From contig OZ024746.1 of the NCBI GenBank assembly GCA_964016885.1, positions 101,866,001 to 101,930,000 of the forward strand: a stretch of DNA of 64,000 nt, written 5' to 3'. Below the pieces are notes generated by a model. It saw only the letters and a program-made list of their open reading frames with translations. It did not search any database and was not told the DNA's origin. Below, in pieces: positions 63,601-64,000 of the stretch. Each line of letters begins with the position of its first letter. The first letter of the stretch is position 1. Both the position numbers and the translations under genes were made by a program. This stretch comes from Eledone cirrhosa (lineage: Eukaryota).

Positions 63601-64000
63601 AAGGATTCTAGAATACCAAAACAACTCTTCTATGGAGAGTTGGTTAAAGGAAAACGACCGCCACATAAACCAAAAAAGAGGTATAAGGATTCCTTGAAGG
63701 CCTCTCTGAAAGACGCTAACATCTCTGCTGATACATGGGAAAATATTGCTGCTGATCGTAATAAATGGAGAAAGACTGTATATGAGGGAAAAGTTGCCTT
63801 TGAGGCATCTCGAATCGCACACGAGAAAGTAAAGCGGGACGTGAGGAAGGGTATTGCTGTTGCACTTCCAGACGGCGAGGGTCCTCCTATGTTTCTGACA
63901 TGCAGCGTCTGTGCGAGACTCTGCCTAAGCAAAGCCGGACTCGAAAGTCATCTTCGCAGTCATAAAGTAAGACCAGTGGTTGACTACCAGGCTGCTGTTG
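60272..64000 (+). mobile_element. Apparently intact RTE LINE of a second family (runs off the window)
   Basis: GC-rich 5' region after a T31 tract, followed by one uninterrupted ORF. Confidence 0.9.
60652..64000 (+). CDS. RTE polyprotein APE-RT-C2H2, at least 1116 aa, no stop in the window
   Basis: Hand translation from ATG 60652: WNVRTL, ALSETR, GDFNARVG, TDH, NYRGISLL, DLTKAFD, YADD (63016-63027), RLRWSGH, CSVCARLCLSKAGLESHLRSH. Confidence 0.93.
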   Translation, partial: MMFQNNVNEIIANLGSGTKKIIGNKGRGPKLSQPGPARHRAIVIEPNRAFSLGCWNVRTLLDRDSLERPERRTALVAKELRRYDLDIVALSETRLAGDGHLTEFCGEYTFFWKGRDEGTRREAGVGFAVKTVLVNKLEEFPVGISERLMSMRVPLDKGRYATLVSVYAPTMNSVDEEKLSFYHALKGVLRNIPQADKVIVLGDFNARVGRDFNTWNVIGRHGVGKCNSNGMLLLQMCEELDLCVTNTMFQQKNKFKTTWMHPASKEWHLLDYVLVRMRDRQDVQCVRVLRGAECWTDHRLVRAKVNLITKRKIRAPGVTLPKRLNAARLKDKNVKRTLEEEMQAADLGEDWPTLKKSVYDVGRRVLGLVQRKHQDWFNEKDVHIDDLLADKRRALSRYLTAKPQERNTLHEELRDVKSRVRRSLSQMKDQWWSEKAGEIQTASDCNNTKLLYSLLREVYGPSSSLVTPIRSRDGKELLRDSQGILRRWREHFDDLLNQPSVVSEDFLNLIPESPVKVALAEPPTLVEVAVAISKLNSGRSPGMDGIHAELLQYGGERLLQHLHSLFGRIWANESVPEDWRDAVMVVLYKGKGNRNDCGNYRGISLLSVVGKVLCRVLLDRLLTHIADCVLPESQSGFRVGRGTTDMIFSARQLQEKCIEQGLDLYQVFVDLTKAFDTVNRDALWKVLQKLGCPDKFLALVRSFHDDMKAWVNVGGNMSEPISVKNGVKQGDIPAPTLFAIYFAMVFCIAFRNCEHGVYIRYRTSGSIFNIRRFAAKTKVFTSVIRDLLYADDCDLVAHTESDMQHILNVFSDACTALGLTVSLKKTVIMYQPAPGRQYTEPNIYVYGKRLGVVDQFVYLGSTVNRYGNLDSEISLRIRKASDAFGKLERRLWGRRDICRRTKVKVYRACVLSCLLYACETWVTYRRHLKQLERFHQMCLRRIHGVHWRDHISDVEILESSMCDSIEALVLKQRLRWSGHLARMKDSRIPKQLFYGELVKGKRPPHKPKKRYKDSLKASLKDANISADTWENIAADRNKWRKTVYEGKVAFEASRIAHEKVKRDVRKGIAVALPDGEGPPMFLTCSVCARLCLSKAGLESHLRSHKVRPVVDYQAAV

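Noticed and set aside
61216-63932. Short minus-strand ORFs in the ORF track
   Set aside because: Antisense shadows of the intact plus-strand RTE ORF.

Overview
Repeat-rich eukaryotic DNA. The repeat families suggest an octopod cephalopod (inference). One complete protein-coding gene is present: translin (TSN) on the minus strand, six GT-AG exons from 33666 to 1860, 687 nt, 228 aa. Its introns hold many decayed copies of one RTE LINE family, tRNA-derived SINEs, CRE and Penelope-like remnants, and two large minisatellites (30 bp and 29 bp). A 48-bp array lies downstream of the gene. Upstream lie an ~11.7 kb TA/CA microsatellite, a near-intact CR1-type LINE whose ORF1 combines a Myb/SANT-like domain with two CCCH fingers, and an uninterrupted RTE ORF of at least 1116 aa that the ORF track misses. 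The most interesting signal is non-coding: five minimal type I hammerhead ribozyme (HHR) motifs inside TSN introns. One intact-looking motif is sense to the pre-mRNA. Two degenerate ones belong to a ~334-bp tandem and dispersed, retrozyme-like unit that also carries octamer and CTCF-like motifs. All folds and family calls were made by eye.
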